DNA of 64,000 nt. Source: Phoronis australis (taxonomy: Eukaryota > Animalia > Phoronida). The translations under genes and the position numbers were made by a program. Numbering within the stretch: position 1 is the stretch's first letter; every line of letters starts with the position of its first letter. The DNA lies in the NCBI GenBank assembly GCA_002633005.1, contig NMRA01000119.1, positions 564,578-628,577 of the forward strand. Reading direction: 5' to 3'. Below, in pieces: positions 61,039 through 64,000 of the stretch. The notes beneath the pieces are model-generated. The model ran no database searches and was not told the origin of the DNA. It was given only the letters and a program-made list of their open reading frames with translations.

Positions 61039-64000
61039 TAGTAGCCTCCCACATGGTCCCCTAGAAACTCGTGGTAGTGTAAGGTTTTTGAGTATTTCAT
61101 GTTGGGTTGGTCCCCCTGACGCAGTTTAGCTGGAATGTAATCATGACAGCATTGAGCATTTTTAAATATGCAAATTAGGGCCGCCATTATCCAAACTTCT
61201 GTTTTTGGTTGTAACTTCCTTACCAAGTAAAACAGGTAAACTATTTTGATGTTTTTACACATGTTTCCAAGTTCAATGAATTCAATGGAGGTAGTTAACA
61301 CGTGTTACAAGTGGATAAATCATACATTTGCATAAATTACGACGGCCATTACTTAAAAACCTACTTGTGCATGGCTGGGGTAAAAAGCACAACAGGTAAA
61401 AATTATGTTGATATTTTCGCCCATCCTTCTATGGATGACCAGGAAATAATTGCAACAGAAGGTTTTATTGCATAAATCATATCCTCTCACACCCCTTAGT
61501 GTGAGAAAAAAGTTTTCCGGAATCGGAGTGGCGGAAATTCATTTTCAAGATGGCAGACAAAATGGCCGACAGATTTACAAATGACCATTATAACTCGAGA
61601 ATTTAATGTTATAGAGAAAAATTCAAAAAGGTTTCCGTATCTTTTGTGGGTCAACAAATCCATTGGAAATAGTTTTGTATGGCTCTGGTGACACCGTCCG
61701 CCATTTTACAAGATGGCCGCCAAAACTTGTTTGAGTTGCACAACTTCGCACGAATAGAGTAGTGTGTCGTCTTGATTTTAACACTGCACCATAGGTTTTC
61801 TGGGTCGACTAATCCATTGAGACTCATTGCGTTTGGTTCTAATGATTACTTCTGTTATTTTATAAGATGGCCACCAAATGGTTGATTCCTGTAAGAACTT
61901 CAGATTCCAGAGAAACGCAATATTCACAGATTTCATATCCAGACTTCCATAGGTCAAAATGTCCATTAAAATTATTTTTGTCTGGGTCTGATGGTTACGA
62001 CTACCATTTTCAAGATTGTTGAACAAATAATAATTTATTTGAGTGAAAAACATCAGGTTCGCCTCGACTGAAGGGTAATTCTCCTGAAAAAATGTGCTAT
62101 ATCTAAAATAATTCTCTGCGATTAATTTAGTGATCTACTTTTCACATCAATTGACCGTCTGTGTCACCTCCAATTAGCTGTAAATACTAGTGAATACAGC
62201 AACAGTTGAGACAGGAGAAAGGTTTAGCAAAGTATGTTTAGCAAGTTAAACAGCTTATAAGCGCTTGTGCAGCTCCCACTAGGCTTCTCTTTAGTGATGT
62301 TCTACGTGTGGGCGAAGCAGTAATTCTCAGTCTGTGATCAAAATCTATACAAATTCAACCAGTATTTACACAACTTATCTCTTTAATTTACCTGGTGAAG
62401 AAGTTGGTGGTAGTGACTGTATTTGGACTTGGGCTATGCTTGATGACACCTTACCAATAACGAACAGTTGTTATGCTGTATCGCAACCACCGATTACATT
62501 CGCAAATGACAAAAGCGCGCACGTTTCGGCACCAACAGACAACTGTAGTTTCTTGATGTCCCACACTCTTCTCTTGTTTTCGTGCCTCTTGTCAGATTTC
62601 ATGAATATTGGAAATTGTTGTGTGAAGTACCATGGTAACACAAAAGAACAGGTCTATATCGTGTGCAATGAGGGTAGTATAACCTTGCGCTGCATTCTGT
62701 ACTGTTGTTTCTACAATTAAAACATCTGCGTCACCTTGAGCTTGTACCACTTTGCAACCTGCATTTCGAAAAAAGAGAATGAATCTTTGTTTGTTTTTGC
62801 TGTTTGTCAAAAATGTGAACTTCCTTCTGTGACTTGATCACCATGTCGCTATTGACGTGAACTTCAGTTCCAACCACTTCACCCAGTCTTGGAACATGGG
62901 AGACATCATTAATAGATGGGCTACCTCCATAGCCATCAAAAACTACAGTAGGCTGGGTGTACTTGGGAACGTAATCCACATAAGCTCTACCAACTGACTA
63001 AAATGTTGCACCTCTAGGCCATAGAATACAGTGAAGGAGACAACCACAGTCGATTACATGCATCGTCGTCTTTTCTGGAAATTGGTAATCCTCTGGTAGG
63101 TCGTCCCCCACAAGACCACAGTGCATCAGCTAATATTGATTTCTCACCGACTTTCGGAAGACCACATGTATCAAAAAGAGCGGGGTACCAACACATAGCT
63201 CAAACTTCAAAAGGCTTGATAAACATTTACTGTTGTCTTTTGCAGCTGTCAATAATTGCTGAAATAGCAGTTGTGGATCGACTTGTGTGAAATCACAATT
63301 GGCAACATGAATTAGTGGACTTGTCATTGCCACAACATTGTCTTTCTTTCTTAATTTGGAGTCTTTCACACTCTACCTCTCTGTAGACAGGAGAATGACC
63401 TTTCCGGCTTCTGTGGCATTTTCGGCATTGACGAGTGTGCGTGCAGTCACAACAGTGGCGATGTTCTGCAATGTTTCCCTTTCAATGGGTTTCTGTTGTG
63501 GAGGAATTCAACAAGGCTGAGAATGTTTTTGTCATACCACGACTGCCTTGCCTGGGTACGTTCTTTATGCTGCTCAGCTGTTTCAAAACTCAAGTTTATC
63601 ATACTCTGCATGGACATTTATATTTGAGCAGGCCGACCAGGAAAGCAGTCACTGTGCACGCTCCTGCTTATCTCCCATTTAGCAACCTCTAGTTAAACCT
63701 CCTGTAAATTTAATGGTTTTCATGAGCGTTTGTTCAATTACAAGGTCAGATGACAAGCCTGCCTAGAATCTGTCACTTCTTCTTTTGTCACGGTGGTGGT
63801 TAATAAAGGCGCTGTAGACGGTCTGGATGGGTGTCTTTGAGTTGCTGCATCTGCTGCAAGTGTATGTATGCAGATTTTGTATGTGAGATGTGACCAGCAG
63901 CTACAAAGTAAAACAGCATTTCAGAAACTGATTTTAGGTGAAGTTAACAATCTGACGTTATTTTTGCTTATAGAAAAAGTCGAAGGACGTGAACCATCTT
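61039..64000 (-). mobile_element. AcademX-like DNA transposon relic (transposase C-part + XPG/FEN1-like nuclease domain), continues beyond window
   Basis: Broken frames give TKSAYIHLQQMQQL (~63850), RSDRF.AGLSSDLVIEQTLMK (~63730-63780), VDPQLLFQQL, FEL..YPALFD, VVFDGY, NKQRFI, QAQGDADVLIV and the H3TH-like GGCDT..LFVIGK (~62450-62495). The 61.04-62.03 kb stretch carries subterminal repeats and starts with TAG (candidate terminus). Superfamily name from recalled domain architecture. Confidence 0.7.

Overview
AT-rich, repeat-dense animal genomic DNA, probably from a marine invertebrate. It comes from a draft assembly with one N-gap (~21991-22297) and three single-n joins, so most ORFs in the supplied track are spurious. 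I could reconstruct only one intact host gene by hand: a six-coding-exon, minus-strand GT7-family beta-1,4-galactosyl/GalNAc-transferase (B4GALT/bre-4-like, 48360->29589, 408 aa, all GT-AG introns in consistent phase). It has a probable non-coding first exon and a CCAAT promoter near 48.9 kb. The rest is mostly decayed mobile DNA: several LINE relics (RTE-X-like, CR1/L2-like), Ty3/Gypsy gag/pol relics, an AcademX-like DNA transposon running off the right edge, Penelope-like N-terminal fragments, a tRNA-derived SINE, and many MITEs (Kolobok-type TTAA, hAT5-type 5-bp TSD, Harbinger-type, palindromic fold-backs). Two tandem duplications at single-n joins look like uncollapsed haplotypes. I found no convincing new multi-gene system. 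The best leads are the divergent GT7 active-site motifs, an inverted-repeat element starting right after the gene's stop codon, a Penelope-like fragment swapped into a LINE, and CTCF-like motifs carried by an intronic repeat. All family assignments come from motif recognition by eye; no database search was run.
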